Positions 38,784 through 49,847 are shown, counted from the stretch's first letter. The stretch is DNA of 64,000 nucleotides from Planctomycetales bacterium (GCA_037441675.1 JBBIRS010000003.1:160001-224000), one strand, 5' to 3'. Notes: generated from the letters alone by a model not told the origin. Translations and numbers: made by a program.

Positions 38784-41700
38784 ATGAAATCATTTAATAA
38801 ATTTTTGAGGGATGCAATTATTGTGTTTATTATTGGTAGCATTATATTTTCATGTGGAGGTGGTGGGCGGAAATCGATTAACTATAGCCTTCCGAGTCAG
38901 ATTCCCTCGACTCAAGAGAATGAGGGAACTAATGAGCTTTATTTCAGTCAGAGTTATGCTAAATCTTTTCTTACTCAGCTACCAATGGATGGACAACAAC
39001 CTTGGGAGAAACGAGATAGACAAGGCTATATTGTAACGGGAGGAAGGTTTTCATCAGCCATCAACACTAGAAGCGATTTCATTGCTGGGATAGAAAGATT
39101 TCTAGAGGTAGGGGATGTAACCGATTTTGGGGAAGCCAGCAAACTTAGAAGTGGTAATCCTGGAGAAAAACTTCTGTCGTTTGCAATTTATAGAGTCAGT
39201 CTTGGTGATAGCCAGCCTGGAGCAATATCAGTTGACGCAAATCTTCATTTGAAAGCCGATGGCACAATGAGCGATTACTATCTTGGTGTTTCGGATTACT
39301 CATCCGGAACTTGGAAGTGGTTCGGACCGTTCACAGATTCGCACGTGAGGGAAGTTCTTCCTACATCAGATTACACGAATGAACTGGGGAACACGTTTCT
39401 GGCGGTGGCAGCATATGACGGTTCAATATTTGACATAGTTGGTCTTGGCTTGAACGTTAGAGATGAAGGCGATACTAGCCCGCCACCGGTTCCATCTTCT
39501 CCAGCTCTCACGCCCATCTTGGGTGGCGTCTTTCTTCAGTTTGTCCCTGTATTTGCGGATGACCTAGCGGGATATCGTATCTACTACGCGCATTATCCCT
39601 TTGATTCCATAACTGACTTTGGCGTTAAGAGCGTTAATTATGTTGAGGGTCTTTCTTGGCATGTTTTACCCATTAGCGAAAACATTTATGTAAGAGTTAG
39701 CGCCATAGACGTTAATGGGAATGAGAGCGGGTTGTCAGAGCCCATCTACAACAAGGGTTGGGTTGGGGTTATGCCTACAGTTGGTTTAGAGACGGATATT
39801 GTTTCCGGTAGCAGGGGTGATATCGCACGCCTTACAGCGACAGGTGCGGATAGTTACGATTTTGATTTGGATGGGGATGGCTTTTTTGAGATGACGGGCG
39901 ATACGAGTGGTGTGCAGAACATAGTTTTGGACACAACTGGAATAATTCGCCCTGCAGTGCGTGGTACGACAAATACCGGTGGAATAGCTTTTGCCGCAAT
40001 TTCCCTAATTATTACTTCAAACAGTAGACCGGCCGCTTACGCTACCGCTTCACCGACAAGTGGCATTGTTCCCCTGGACGTCAATTTCGTAGGTATTGGT
40101 GAAGATGATGACGGAACTATCGCTCTTTACGCTTGGGACTTTAATGGTGACGGAATATTTGATTTTTCCTCTCCAACAAACCCAATACCCCCGATTCAGA
40201 CGTACTCCATTCCCGGGCTTTACAATGTAAAGTTCCGTGTAGAGGATAACGAGGGGGCATGGGATGTGGATACGGTTTCTATAGAAGCACTTGAGAACCC
40301 GACGAATCAGATGCCAATAATAACGGGCATTTCTGCCTCTCCCTCTATTTCCCCACCAGGAACCACAGTTAATTTCACTGTAACTGCAACTGATAAGGAC
40401 GGAGTAGTTCTTACAGTTAAATGGGATTTTGATAATGATGGTGTCTTTGACGCAAGTGGGACAAGTGCTAGCAATATTTTTACTACTTCAGGACTTTACT
40501 ATGTCAAGGTTCAAGTTACGGATGACAAAGGTGGATATGCGGTGGGATACGTGGTCGTTGCTGTTGAGGATGCACCACCGAACATACCGCCGACGATAGA
40601 GTCTGCGAGCGCAAGTCCAAATTCCGGAGGAGCGCCACTCAATGTGAGTTTTTCAGGAAGCGCGTATGACAGCGAAGGTAGCATAAGCGAGTATGCTTGG
40701 GATTTTGAGAATGATGGGACGTTTGATTTCACGAGCGCGAGTAGTGCGAGCACCTCGCACACATACACGACGGAAGGCTTTTACACAGCGAGGCTAAGGG
40801 TAACTGATAATTTCGGAGACACCTCATCTGCGTTTGTTGGAATAAACGTGCTTTACAATATCCCGCCAGTTGCTATTCTAAATGCTAGCGCGAGCAGAGT
40901 ATATTTGGGCGAGACCGGTGGCTTGGATGTTATTTTTGATGCAAGCGAGAGCTATGACCCTGAAGGCGGCTCTCTTCAGTATGCGTTTGACCCCTTAGGC
41001 CAAGGCGGATATTCTTCGTTTAGTTCAAGCTCAACTCACACGTACACTTACAATTTTACAGGCTTGTTCCCGGCTGGATTGAGAGTGAAAGACCCTCTTG
41101 GAGCAATTGACGACACATCCAGGCACATTTGGGTATACAGATTCGGTTCTCAACACATAACTTCAGGCGTGGTAGCGGGAACTGATATATCTTTATCGGT
41201 AGTAGATGGCTTTCCAGCTATCGCCTTTGCTGATAGCTTTTATGGAAATCTGTTGTATATGCGAGCATTGGACGCGAGCGGTTCAAATTGGGGAGATCAA
41301 ATTTTCATTGACGAGGTTGACATTTCCTCCGGTGGAACTTCTCTAAACATCGTGGATGGTAAGCCTGCTGTAACGTATCGTGAGAATGGCTTTGGTAATG
41401 GTGATACATTACGGTATGCCATAGCTGGAGATGCAAATGGGTCATGGTGGTATTCTCCTATCATAATTGATAGCGGTTTGGACATCGGGAAATACAGCTC
41501 GCTTTTCGTGGTGAATGGCTATCCCGCAATTAGCTACTACGATGGAGTAAACGGCGACCTGAAGTACGTGCGAGCAACAGACAGTTCTGGCTTTAATTGG
41601 GGAACTCCGATTACTGTAGATGATGGTGGGACGGATGACGTTGGACAGTTCACAACACTTCGCGTAGTAAACGGCAATCCCGCCATTAGCTATTATGACT

Positions 41701-42221
41701 ACACTAACGGTGACTTGAAGTTCGTTCGAGCTAATGATACTGATGGGACGACATGGGGAACACCAATTGTGGTTGATGGAGCATCCGATTGGGTCGGTGC
41801 TTACGCAAGTATGGAAATTGTTAACATTGTTGAGGGTAACCCTAGTGGGAATCCGGCTATTGCCTATATGGGAGACTCGATTCTCTTATACGTGAAGGCA
41901 AGTGATTCAGATGGCTCTAGTTGGGATACGCCTGTAATTGTTGATGACAGTGGTGAGGCTGATGGTTTCTGTTCCCTTGCGGTAATCAATGGTGTTCCGG
42001 GTATAGCTTATAAAGCGTTTGGTCAAGGTGAAAATAACATATTATTGTTTGTACATTCTGGTGATTACGCAGGTTCTACTTGGGGAACTCCTGTTTACGT
42101 AAACACCTCTGGTGATGTGGGAGATTTTGCTACTTTGAAAGAGGTCAATTTTAAGCCCGCAATAGTTGCGGAAGATTCGACAAGAGGGAGATTAGTTTAT
42201 TGTTACCCAAGGCTGGATTAG
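38784..42221 (+). CDS. Large surface lipoprotein: FN3-like, multiple PKD domains and C-terminal repeat beta-propeller
   Basis: IIFSC lipobox; repeated (Y/W)DFxxDG PKD motifs; about 7 repeats like SLxVVNGxPAISYYD..GDLKYVRA.D..G..WGTP. Confidence 0.85.
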   Translation: MKSFNKFLRDAIIVFIIGSIIFSCGGGGRKSINYSLPSQIPSTQENEGTNELYFSQSYAKSFLTQLPMDGQQPWEKRDRQGYIVTGGRFSSAINTRSDFIAGIERFLEVGDVTDFGEASKLRSGNPGEKLLSFAIYRVSLGDSQPGAISVDANLHLKADGTMSDYYLGVSDYSSGTWKWFGPFTDSHVREVLPTSDYTNELGNTFLAVAAYDGSIFDIVGLGLNVRDEGDTSPPPVPSSPALTPILGGVFLQFVPVFADDLAGYRIYYAHYPFDSITDFGVKSVNYVEGLSWHVLPISENIYVRVSAIDVNGNESGLSEPIYNKGWVGVMPTVGLETDIVSGSRGDIARLTATGADSYDFDLDGDGFFEMTGDTSGVQNIVLDTTGIIRPAVRGTTNTGGIAFAAISLIITSNSRPAAYATASPTSGIVPLDVNFVGIGEDDDGTIALYAWDFNGDGIFDFSSPTNPIPPIQTYSIPGLYNVKFRVEDNEGAWDVDTVSIEALENPTNQMPIITGISASPSISPPGTTVNFTVTATDKDGVVLTVKWDFDNDGVFDASGTSASNIFTTSGLYYVKVQVTDDKGGYAVGYVVVAVEDAPPNIPPTIESASASPNSGGAPLNVSFSGSAYDSEGSISEYAWDFENDGTFDFTSASSASTSHTYTTEGFYTARLRVTDNFGDTSSAFVGINVLYNIPPVAILNASASRVYLGETGGLDVIFDASESYDPEGGSLQYAFDPLGQGGYSSFSSSSTHTYTYNFTGLFPAGLRVKDPLGAIDDTSRHIWVYRFGSQHITSGVVAGTDISLSVVDGFPAIAFADSFYGNLLYMRALDASGSNWGDQIFIDEVDISSGGTSLNIVDGKPAVTYRENGFGNGDTLRYAIAGDANGSWWYSPIIIDSGLDIGKYSSLFVVNGYPAISYYDGVNGDLKYVRATDSSGFNWGTPITVDDGGTDDVGQFTTLRVVNGNPAISYYDYTNGDLKFVRANDTDGTTWGTPIVVDGASDWVGAYASMEIVNIVEGNPSGNPAIAYMGDSILLYVKASDSDGSSWDTPVIVDDSGEADGFCSLAVINGVPGIAYKAFGQGENNILLFVHSGDYAGSTWGTPVYVNTSGDVGDFATLKEVNFKPAIVAEDSTRGRLVYCYPRLD

Positions 42222-42313
42222 ATTGAACTTGGCGGGTTAGATTTACGAGGTTTTATGACCAAGGGTAAAGTGAAACTCTTATTGTTATTGTGAGGCTGTA
42301 ATAAAGCATTCAA

Positions 42314-42928
42314 CTATTTCGCTTTGTTCTCAGGCAGATTGCTATTGCTCTTGGTTCGCTTATAAGAACGTAACCAGAAGAAAACAACAAGAATAATAAT
42401 GGCAAGGATGAGCAGAGAAACGATTATCCTGCGTGCTCCACCTTCTGAGTAGATTTTATAGCCTGCGTGAATAAGTATAAACGTCATAATCGTCCAAAGC
42501 ACAGAACCTATGAAAGTGGCAGTAAGAAATTGAATAAATTGCATTCCGATAACTCCGCTGGCGATGCTCGTCTAGGGACGAATGTATCCGCATAGACGCG
42601 CTAGAATTACCGCGAAGATGCCATATTTTTTGGAGATTCTTTGGACGGTTGCGTAGGTTTTTTGGAACTTTATTGATGACTTAATCTTGGTTAAAAGCCA
42701 GCCTGAACCTCTTATGCCAATTCCATAACCAACAAGACTTCCTGATAGTTGGCCAATGACGAGGGTGGCGAAGAGTAAATATGGAGTTAGTGGCGTCGCA
42801 CTTTCGCTTTCTAGTATAGCTATGGCTGTGAGAAAGGCAATGGCAGATGGCACGGGAATACCAATACTCTCCACGAAGGTAATTAAGAAAACTCCCAAAT
42901 ACCCAAGAGCGTATAGGTGAGTAAGCAC
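42314..42928 (-). pseudogene. DedA family membrane protein with in-frame TAG at 42572-42574
   Basis: ESIGIPVPS, GSLVGYGIG, ARLCGYIRP*TSIASG; both ORFs share one frame. Confidence 0.8.
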
Positions 42929-43084
42929 GGATGAACTTATAATACCTTCGAAGGAAGAACTAGCTTTTTAAGAAATGAGAAACATTTTCAACTTAACGAA
43001 CATAGTTAGGGTTAGACTTGGAGGATGCGCGAGCTTTTGGCTCGTATTCTGAAAAGAAATCGCAATTTAAGGATTTAATTTGCG

Positions 43085-44434
43085 CTATTCAAAGCTCGGA
43101 ATTTTATTTTCTAAAGGTGTAAGTATTTTCATTCCACCGAGATACTTTGTAGCTAGCACTTCAGGAAGTTTGACATTTCCGTTTTCCAATTGATTATTCT
43201 CAAGAAGTGCAATCATCAATCTAGGGAGAGCAAGACCACTTGCGTTCAACATATGGACATATTCGGGTTTGGCGCCGGGCTCGCGCCTAAATCTAACTTG
43301 GGCTCGCCGAGCTTGAAAGTCCCTCGTGTTGCTTGCACTGCTAACTTCAAGCCATTCGTTTACTCCCGCAGCGTACACTTCCAAGTCGTAAGTCTTGCAT
43401 GAGGCAAAGCCGGTGTCTCTGGAGGCTAAAACTACCCTGCGGTATGGTAAGCCAAGGATTTCTAGAATATGCTCTGCTTCCCGGGTAATGCTTTCAAGGC
43501 ATTCGGAGGACTGCTCGGGAAGGCAGATATTGACGAGTTCTACCTTCTCAAACTGATGAACACGCATCAAGCCTCTTGCCTCCTTTCCGTAATGCCCCGC
43601 CTCTACACGAAAACAGGGCGAATATGCAACTAGCTTTATGGGGAAATTAGCGCCTTCAAGTATCCGTTCACGATAAAGGTTGCAGACTGGCACTTCAGAT
43701 GTGGGGATTAAGAAGTAATCTGGTTCCATTTTATTGCCATATCCAGCCTCTTTCAGCGGAATGAAAACGTGATACATTTCTTGTGAGAATTTCGGAAGCT
43801 GACCTGTGCCAAATGCGCTAGATTCTTTTACTAAGAATGGTGGACGCACCTCGGTATACCCATGGTTATTTATGTGTACGTCAAGCATTAGATTTATAAG
43901 TGCTCTTTGAAGCAATGCTCCATTAGCGGTGAAGAACTGAAAACCACTACCCGCTACTCTTGCTGCTGAGGCAAAATCTATCAGCTGGAGGTTCTTTGCG
44001 ATGGCAATGTGGTCTTTAGGAGTAAAGTAAAAATTTGGCTTCTCTCCCCATTCTTTTACGATTATCTTATCTTCCTCTTCACCTATTGGGACATCGTCAT
44101 CAATTAAATTTGGAAGACCGATAAGGAGATTATGCATTTCTTTCTCTTTTTTTTCATAATCATTATCAATCAATCCTATAGCTTCATTCAAGTACAAAAC
44201 AACTTCTCTTTTTTGCTTAGCTTCATCCTCCATTCCCTCTTTCATTAACCTTCCGATTGCTTGACTCTCCAAATTCCTTTTGTGTTTTAACTCGTCTAAT
44301 TTAGACTTCAACTGTCTCTGTTCTTCATCTAAACGAAGAATCTCGTCAAGAATAGGAGGGTATTCTTGACCCCGACGAGCAAGTTTTTCCTTTACCTCCT
44401 CCGGGAATTTCCGAATGTAGCTGATGTTAAGCAT
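43085..44434 (-). CDS. serS: Serine--tRNA ligase
   Basis: LIPTSEV, CFRVEAG, GLMRVHQFEKVE, EVSSASN..DFQARR, LNASGLA. Confidence 0.97.
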   Translation of the reverse strand: MLNISYIRKFPEEVKEKLARRGQEYPPILDEILRLDEEQRQLKSKLDELKHKRNLESQAIGRLMKEGMEDEAKQKREVVLYLNEAIGLIDNDYEKKEKEMHNLLIGLPNLIDDDVPIGEEEDKIIVKEWGEKPNFYFTPKDHIAIAKNLQLIDFASAARVAGSGFQFFTANGALLQRALINLMLDVHINNHGYTEVRPPFLVKESSAFGTGQLPKFSQEMYHVFIPLKEAGYGNKMEPDYFLIPTSEVPVCNLYRERILEGANFPIKLVAYSPCFRVEAGHYGKEARGLMRVHQFEKVELVNICLPEQSSECLESITREAEHILEILGLPYRRVVLASRDTGFASCKTYDLEVYAAGVNEWLEVSSASNTRDFQARRAQVRFRREPGAKPEYVHMLNASGLALPRLMIALLENNQLENGNVKLPEVLATKYLGGMKILTPLENKIPSFE

Positions 44435-44453
44435 AAGGTATCAAGGTAATGGA

Positions 44454-44717
44454 TTAGGGTGAATCAGAATTTGATTCATTTTCATCAGTTCTAATATAAC
44501 CAAGGATATCACCTTCCTTAACTTGACTTCCGATAACGCAAACATCCTCAAGAATTCCGTTTGCCTCCGCTTCAAAAACGATGGTGGCTTTATCTGCCTC
44601 TACTTCAAATAGTTCTTCGCCGATTTTAACTTTGGAGCCAGGTGGCTTTAACCAAGCTCCAAACGTGATTTCAACACTTTTCATTCCAATATCAGGTAAC
44701 ACTATTGGTATTCTCAT
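44454..44717 (-). CDS. Stand-alone lipoyl-domain protein
   Basis: LPDIG...W...G..V...EVEADKAT lipoyl-lysine motif. Confidence 0.85.
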   Translation of the reverse strand: MRIPIVLPDIGMKSVEITFGAWLKPPGSKVKIGEELFEVEADKATIVFEAEANGILEDVCVIGSQVKEGDILGYIRTDENESNSDSP

Positions 44718-45022
44718 ATTTTTCACGAGCTTCTATGATTCTGCCCATAGAATTATAACAATAGACGAAAACTGGCTTTAGTAAATTTGTTATACGGGAT
44801 GTGTGGAGGCGTTTTACCTCTAGAAATCTAGCGAATAGACCGCCATACTAAGATTTGTAATAAGTGCGTTTAATCTTTAAGATTGGCGCGATTGGCGCTA
44901 TAAAAAGTAAATCGTTGCCCAATATTGAATTCCTCAATAATTAAGTGAAATAACTTACAAATCATCACTTAATCAGTGCTATAATTTTCTCGTTTTCTTT
45001 AATCTTCTTCGGGAGGAACATT

Positions 45023-46183
45023 ATGAACTTTGAACTCACTGAAGAGCAAAAAGCGGTAAGGGAGAGTGTTCGCAAGTTTGCTGAAAGCGAACTCATCCCT
45101 AAGGCAAAAGAGCTTGATACTACAAGGCAATTTCCCTGGGAAACCGTAAGGAAGATGGGTGAATTAGGTTTACTAGCTCCCATTGTACCAGCTGAGTATG
45201 GAGGGGCAGGGCTTGACCAGATTTCTTACACTGTTATTGGCGAAGAAGTGGCGCGAGCATGCGCATCTCATGCAACCATTATGGGTGCTCATTGTTCGCT
45301 TTGTTGCTATCCCATCCTCGCATTTGGAACTGAAGAGCAGAAAGCCAAATATCTCCCCAAGTTAGTAACTGGAGAGTATATAGGGGCATTCTCATTAACA
45401 GAACCACAGGCTGGAAGTGACGCTTCTAACTTAAGGACTGTAGCGGTAAAGAAAAACGGATATTATGTTATCAACGGAAAGAAGCAATGGTGCACCAACG
45501 GCGCGGAGGCTAGTGTAATTATCCTTTTTGCAAATACAAATCCTGAAGCTGGATTGAGGGGAATTACGGCTTTTATTATTGAAAGGGAAACTGAAGGATT
45601 AAGCATTGGGAAGATAGAGGATACGCTTGGTATACGTGGAAGTCATCAAACCGAGTTATGTTTTGATAATGCGGTTGTATCTGCGGAGAACATCCTTGGT
45701 GGAGAAGCAAACATTGGACGAGGCTTTAGGATTGCTATGCAAACCCTTGATGGGGGGAGAATTGGTATGGCAAGCGCAAGCGTAGGAATTGCTCAAGCTG
45801 CATTAGAAGCGGCAGTCAAGTATGCCAATGAGCGGGAGCAATTTGGAAAGAAAATTGGTGAATTTCAGGCGATTCAATGGATGATAGCTGATATGGCAAC
45901 GGAGCTTGAGGCTGCTAGGCAACTTACTTATTACGCAGCTTGGTTGAAGCAGGAAGGTAAACCACATACGTGCGAGGCGGCAATGGCGAAAATGTTCGCA
46001 AGCGAAGTTTGCTGGCGAGTTTGTGATAAGGCGCTCCAAATTCACGGCGGTTACGGTTACTCCAAGGAGTATCCTCTGGAAAGATACCTACGAGATGCGC
46101 GCATTAAGCGTATCTACGAGGGAACTAATGAAATTCAACGAATGGTGATTTCTCGGGAAATCTTGAGAAAGGCACAGGGTTAA
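45023..46183 (+). CDS. Short/branched-chain acyl-CoA dehydrogenase
   Basis: FSLTEPQAGSDA, NGKKQWCTNG, QIHGGYGY, IYEGTNEIQR. Confidence 0.94.
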   Translation: MNFELTEEQKAVRESVRKFAESELIPKAKELDTTRQFPWETVRKMGELGLLAPIVPAEYGGAGLDQISYTVIGEEVARACASHATIMGAHCSLCCYPILAFGTEEQKAKYLPKLVTGEYIGAFSLTEPQAGSDASNLRTVAVKKNGYYVINGKKQWCTNGAEASVIILFANTNPEAGLRGITAFIIERETEGLSIGKIEDTLGIRGSHQTELCFDNAVVSAENILGGEANIGRGFRIAMQTLDGGRIGMASASVGIAQAALEAAVKYANEREQFGKKIGEFQAIQWMIADMATELEAARQLTYYAAWLKQEGKPHTCEAAMAKMFASEVCWRVCDKALQIHGGYGYSKEYPLERYLRDARIKRIYEGTNEIQRMVISREILRKAQG

Positions 46184-46340
46184 TATTTGAGAAAAGCGAG
46201 CTAATCGCTGACTATAGTGACAAATTTCATTCATTGGTGAGCTAAATTATCTTAAATTGCCAATTAAGCTCGCAAGAATTGCGCCTTGCGCGGATTACTG
46301 ACTTTATGAGAACTCCTAATTTTCGTATAAGCTATAAAAC

Positions 46341-47456
46341 GTGAAGAAATATAATTTGGAGTTATTGGATTATGAATTGCCTGTAGAGTTAATCGCACAA
46401 CAACCCCTAACTGAAAGGGATGCAAGTAGGCTTCTTGTGGTTCACAGGGATACTCAAACTATTGAACATCGTCTCTTCAGGGAACTTCCGAAATTATTAG
46501 ATGACCGTTACTTCTTGGTTTTTAACGACTCAAGAGTGATGCGATCCCGTTTTCTTTGCACCCGCAAAAAAACAGGCGGTCGTTGTGAAGTATTGCTAAC
46601 AAGAATCTATGAAGGGGGATACGCTGATTGCCTAACTGAGGCTCGTGGACATCTAAAACCTGGCGAAGAGTTAATGTATAATGAATTTTTCTCCTTTCTA
46701 GTGGAAAGGGTGACCACTGAAGATATGCCTGGACGGGTAAGGATCCTCTATAACGATGAAATAGCTCCACCCGTAATGATTAGCCAGCTTATCAATTCTG
46801 GTGAGCTTCCACTTCCGCCTTATCTTAAAGAAAAGCTAGCGGACGAAGAGAGGTATCAAACCATATTCGCAAGTAGTCTTGGTTCATCCGCTGCTCCGAC
46901 CGCGGCACTCCATTTCACTGACAGGGTATTTGAAAGGTTAAGAGAACGCGGGATAGAATGGGCTTTTACTACTCTTCACATTGGCTCCGCAACTTTTTTG
47001 CCAATTAGATCTGATGATGCATCTTTACACAGACTGAATAGTGAATACTATTTCATCTTTCCTGAACAGTTTAGGAAAATATTGCATGCGAAGGCGGTAG
47101 GAAAACGAATTGTTGCAGTGGGGACGACCGTAACGAGACTGCTTGAGTGGGTTCTTGGAAGCTGGAAGGAGATTGTTAAAAGCTCAGAAGTAACACTCAA
47201 AGAACTCTCAGAAGCAACCCCGGAGGAGCTTTCACGGCTTTTCTCGCTATCAGGTGAAACTGACCTTTATATTTTGCCTGGCTATGAATTTCAGTTCATT
47301 GACCACCTAATAACAAATTTTCATTTGCCAAGAACAACCCTATTAGCTCTTGTTTACGCGTTTGGTGGGAGAGAGCTTATTAGGAAAGCATATGAAGAGG
47401 CGGTGAATCTAAAGTATCGCTTTTATTCCCTGGGAGATGCGATGCTAATACTTTAG
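46341..47456 (+). CDS. queA: S-adenosylmethionine:tRNA ribosyltransferase-isomerase
   Basis: DYELP.ELIAQ.P, PLPPY, YQTIFA, AAPTAALHF, TNFHLP, YRFYSLGDAM. Confidence 0.96.
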   Translation: MKKYNLELLDYELPVELIAQQPLTERDASRLLVVHRDTQTIEHRLFRELPKLLDDRYFLVFNDSRVMRSRFLCTRKKTGGRCEVLLTRIYEGGYADCLTEARGHLKPGEELMYNEFFSFLVERVTTEDMPGRVRILYNDEIAPPVMISQLINSGELPLPPYLKEKLADEERYQTIFASSLGSSAAPTAALHFTDRVFERLRERGIEWAFTTLHIGSATFLPIRSDDASLHRLNSEYYFIFPEQFRKILHAKAVGKRIVAVGTTVTRLLEWVLGSWKEIVKSSEVTLKELSEATPEELSRLFSLSGETDLYILPGYEFQFIDHLITNFHLPRTTLLALVYAFGGRELIRKAYEEAVNLKYRFYSLGDAMLIL

Positions 47457-47592
47457 TAGCATCCTGCCTATATTTGATGACAAACTGGTATCCTTGAAAT
47501 TAACGTGAGTTGGTTATCTGCAACAAGATTAGTTGGGGTATTATAATGAAAACGAACGTGGAATTTATGCCATGTGACGGAGGTAGTTTATT

Positions 47593-49803
47593 ATGAAGAG
47601 ATTTATTGCAATTGGGATTGTTTTTGGTGGTGTTCTCCTAATTGCGTCTTGCGGTGGTGGTTCAGCTGTTAGGAGAATAACTCCACCTCCACCTCCTCCA
47701 CCCTCAGGTGATGTTGAAGGTCGCTTAACTGATTCTTACGGTACTCCTCTTGCTAACGCTAGTCTTCTATTAGACGGTGAAGAAATTGGCATCTACACTG
47801 ATGAAAATGGAAATTTCAGGATCCCGGGCAATATGTTAACAGGTAGAGATCGCAGTCATTTAAGAATAGGGGTTAGACATCAGAATGTGTTTCTCGGGTC
47901 TGAAGTGGCAGATGCGACTGCTTCAGAAACTTTAGATTTGCGATTTGGTGACCCAGTTGAAAACGGTGGAAACGTTAACGGAGTTGTTTATAACGCCGTA
48001 AATGGTGGAGCCATCGCAAATGCGTTAGTGATTCTTTTCCGAGTTCCGGGCTTCAACGTGGAAAGTCCTGGTGGGGCATCTGACTCTGCTCCTCCTTGGG
48101 TGTCTCTAACTGAAACAGCGGAGGATGGCACTTTTAGCTTTGAAGGCGTTCCACCTGGAGAGTTTGAGCTGTTCGTTTTCCACTCTGACTACAAGATGAA
48201 ATTATTGACCGCTGAGGTTGAAGAGGGAAACACTACTCAGTTGATGATTGACCTTGAGCCTAAGAGGCTTCCAACCGAGCCAGGGGATGGTTACTATGTT
48301 AAAGGTTACGTGAGAGAGGCGGGCACTGGAGCGCCAGTTGTTGGAGCCCTTGTCCAGGGTAATTCAGATTCCGGTTGGTACTACATTATGGGCGCTCCGG
48401 AGAATGTAGATGTAACTCTACCACCAGATGTTGCTACTCGGAATGATGGCTCTGCAGGTGGAGCTATGCCTGCTATCTACCCACCTCCTCATCCTTGGGA
48501 ACCCCCCATTTTCCAAGAGGCAGTTACTGATGAAAACGGCTATTTTGAGTTTGAAGAACCATTTAACGGTAGTGGTGTTTATGTAACTGTGACTTCGGAA
48601 AACCATATGCCCTTCGGACAGTACTATCAGAGGGAGGCTGATGATACACTTGAACTTGAGATAGAGCTTACCCCGATTGTTCCGGTTCAAGTTAGTGGAA
48701 GGGTGGTTGATCCATCCGGCAATGGAATTGAAGGAGCTTATGTTGAGTTTATCTACATTAACTATGACTATTACGATGATGGGATAATCCTGCCAGCTGG
48801 AGGAGAGCTTGACAAGATGGATCCGATGGGGCTAGCGACTGCTCAGTCAGGTATGGCTGACGCACCTGCCGGCGCTCCAGCTCCTCCTAACTACAGCGGT
48901 GGTTCCAGCGAGCCGTACGATAACTACGCAATGCAGAGATACCGCCATGAACAGCGAGAAAGACGCGGTGCTTCAGATCTCCCCGAGCCATTCGGCTATT
49001 ATTCCGCAGTTACGGATGAGAATGGAAACTTTGACCTAGGGGAGATTCCCTCTGGGCATTATTCCATCTTTGCTCAGGCTTACGGTTACTTAGGCTACTG
49101 GGCTGACGAGCAGATTGAGAGCGATAAACCTGATTACGAAATCACTTTAGACCCAATACCGGTAGGCGCAATTGAAGGCGATGTTTTTGATGAAAAGGGT
49201 AACCCTGTGGCTGATGTTTTAGTTAACGCAACTCAGCCTAATATTGATCCATTCACTTTTACAGATGCAAATGGTCATTTTAGGCTTGATAATGTTCCAG
49301 CAGGCGTTTGGCGTGTAGGAGCTTACAAAGAGGGTTATCATGCTGGTGTAATTGATGCGGTTGAGGTTATTGAGAATGACACTGTTACAGTTACACTGGA
49401 GATTACTAAGATTACCGAACCTGAACCGCCAGACACCATTAAATTCAGTGGTCGCATATATGATGGTGTAACAGGAGAGGCAGTAGCGGGTGCACAGATG
49501 GTTGCTGTGAAAATGGACGATACTCACTTTGCGCACACTGTATCCGCAAGCGATGGTTACTTTGAGATGGACTTAGTTCCCGGCGACTATACTCTAAATG
49601 TTGTGAAGGATGGTTACATTGACCTTTTCACCTGGTTCTGGGTTGACCCGGAATTTCTAGGCATGGATTTCTATCTTTGGCCGATAGGTAGTTGGGGCGG
49701 TGGTGGATCTGTTCCTCCAATGCGCGGAGGTTGGATTGAAGCTGGAACTGATGTGGCTCCGCCAAGCGCGCCGGGTATGCCACCTAAACCTCCAATGATG
49801 TAG
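47593..49803 (+). CDS. Lipoprotein with tandem carboxypeptidase-regulatory-like (transthyretin-like) domains
   Basis: LIASC lipobox, poly-Pro linker, repeated G.V.D..G.P...A.V and TDENG.F motifs. Confidence 0.85.
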   Translation: MKRFIAIGIVFGGVLLIASCGGGSAVRRITPPPPPPPSGDVEGRLTDSYGTPLANASLLLDGEEIGIYTDENGNFRIPGNMLTGRDRSHLRIGVRHQNVFLGSEVADATASETLDLRFGDPVENGGNVNGVVYNAVNGGAIANALVILFRVPGFNVESPGGASDSAPPWVSLTETAEDGTFSFEGVPPGEFELFVFHSDYKMKLLTAEVEEGNTTQLMIDLEPKRLPTEPGDGYYVKGYVREAGTGAPVVGALVQGNSDSGWYYIMGAPENVDVTLPPDVATRNDGSAGGAMPAIYPPPHPWEPPIFQEAVTDENGYFEFEEPFNGSGVYVTVTSENHMPFGQYYQREADDTLELEIELTPIVPVQVSGRVVDPSGNGIEGAYVEFIYINYDYYDDGIILPAGGELDKMDPMGLATAQSGMADAPAGAPAPPNYSGGSSEPYDNYAMQRYRHEQRERRGASDLPEPFGYYSAVTDENGNFDLGEIPSGHYSIFAQAYGYLGYWADEQIESDKPDYEITLDPIPVGAIEGDVFDEKGNPVADVLVNATQPNIDPFTFTDANGHFRLDNVPAGVWRVGAYKEGYHAGVIDAVEVIENDTVTVTLEITKITEPEPPDTIKFSGRIYDGVTGEAVAGAQMVAVKMDDTHFAHTVSASDGYFEMDLVPGDYTLNVVKDGYIDLFTWFWVDPEFLGMDFYLWPIGSWGGGGSVPPMRGGWIEAGTDVAPPSAPGMPPKPPMM

Positions 49804-49847
49804 TTTTCAGATGTGCGTTTGAGCGATTGTTTAGCCTTAAGGGATTG

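Noticed and set aside
35509..38789. Both large lipoprotein ORFs begin MLQMK
   Set aside because: Short match with different codons; the true start is probably the second Met, so it is likely coincidence.
47682..47703. CCW triplet repeat as a phase-variation tract
   Set aside because: In-frame mixed CCA/CCT codons encoding a poly-Pro linker; length change would not shift the frame.
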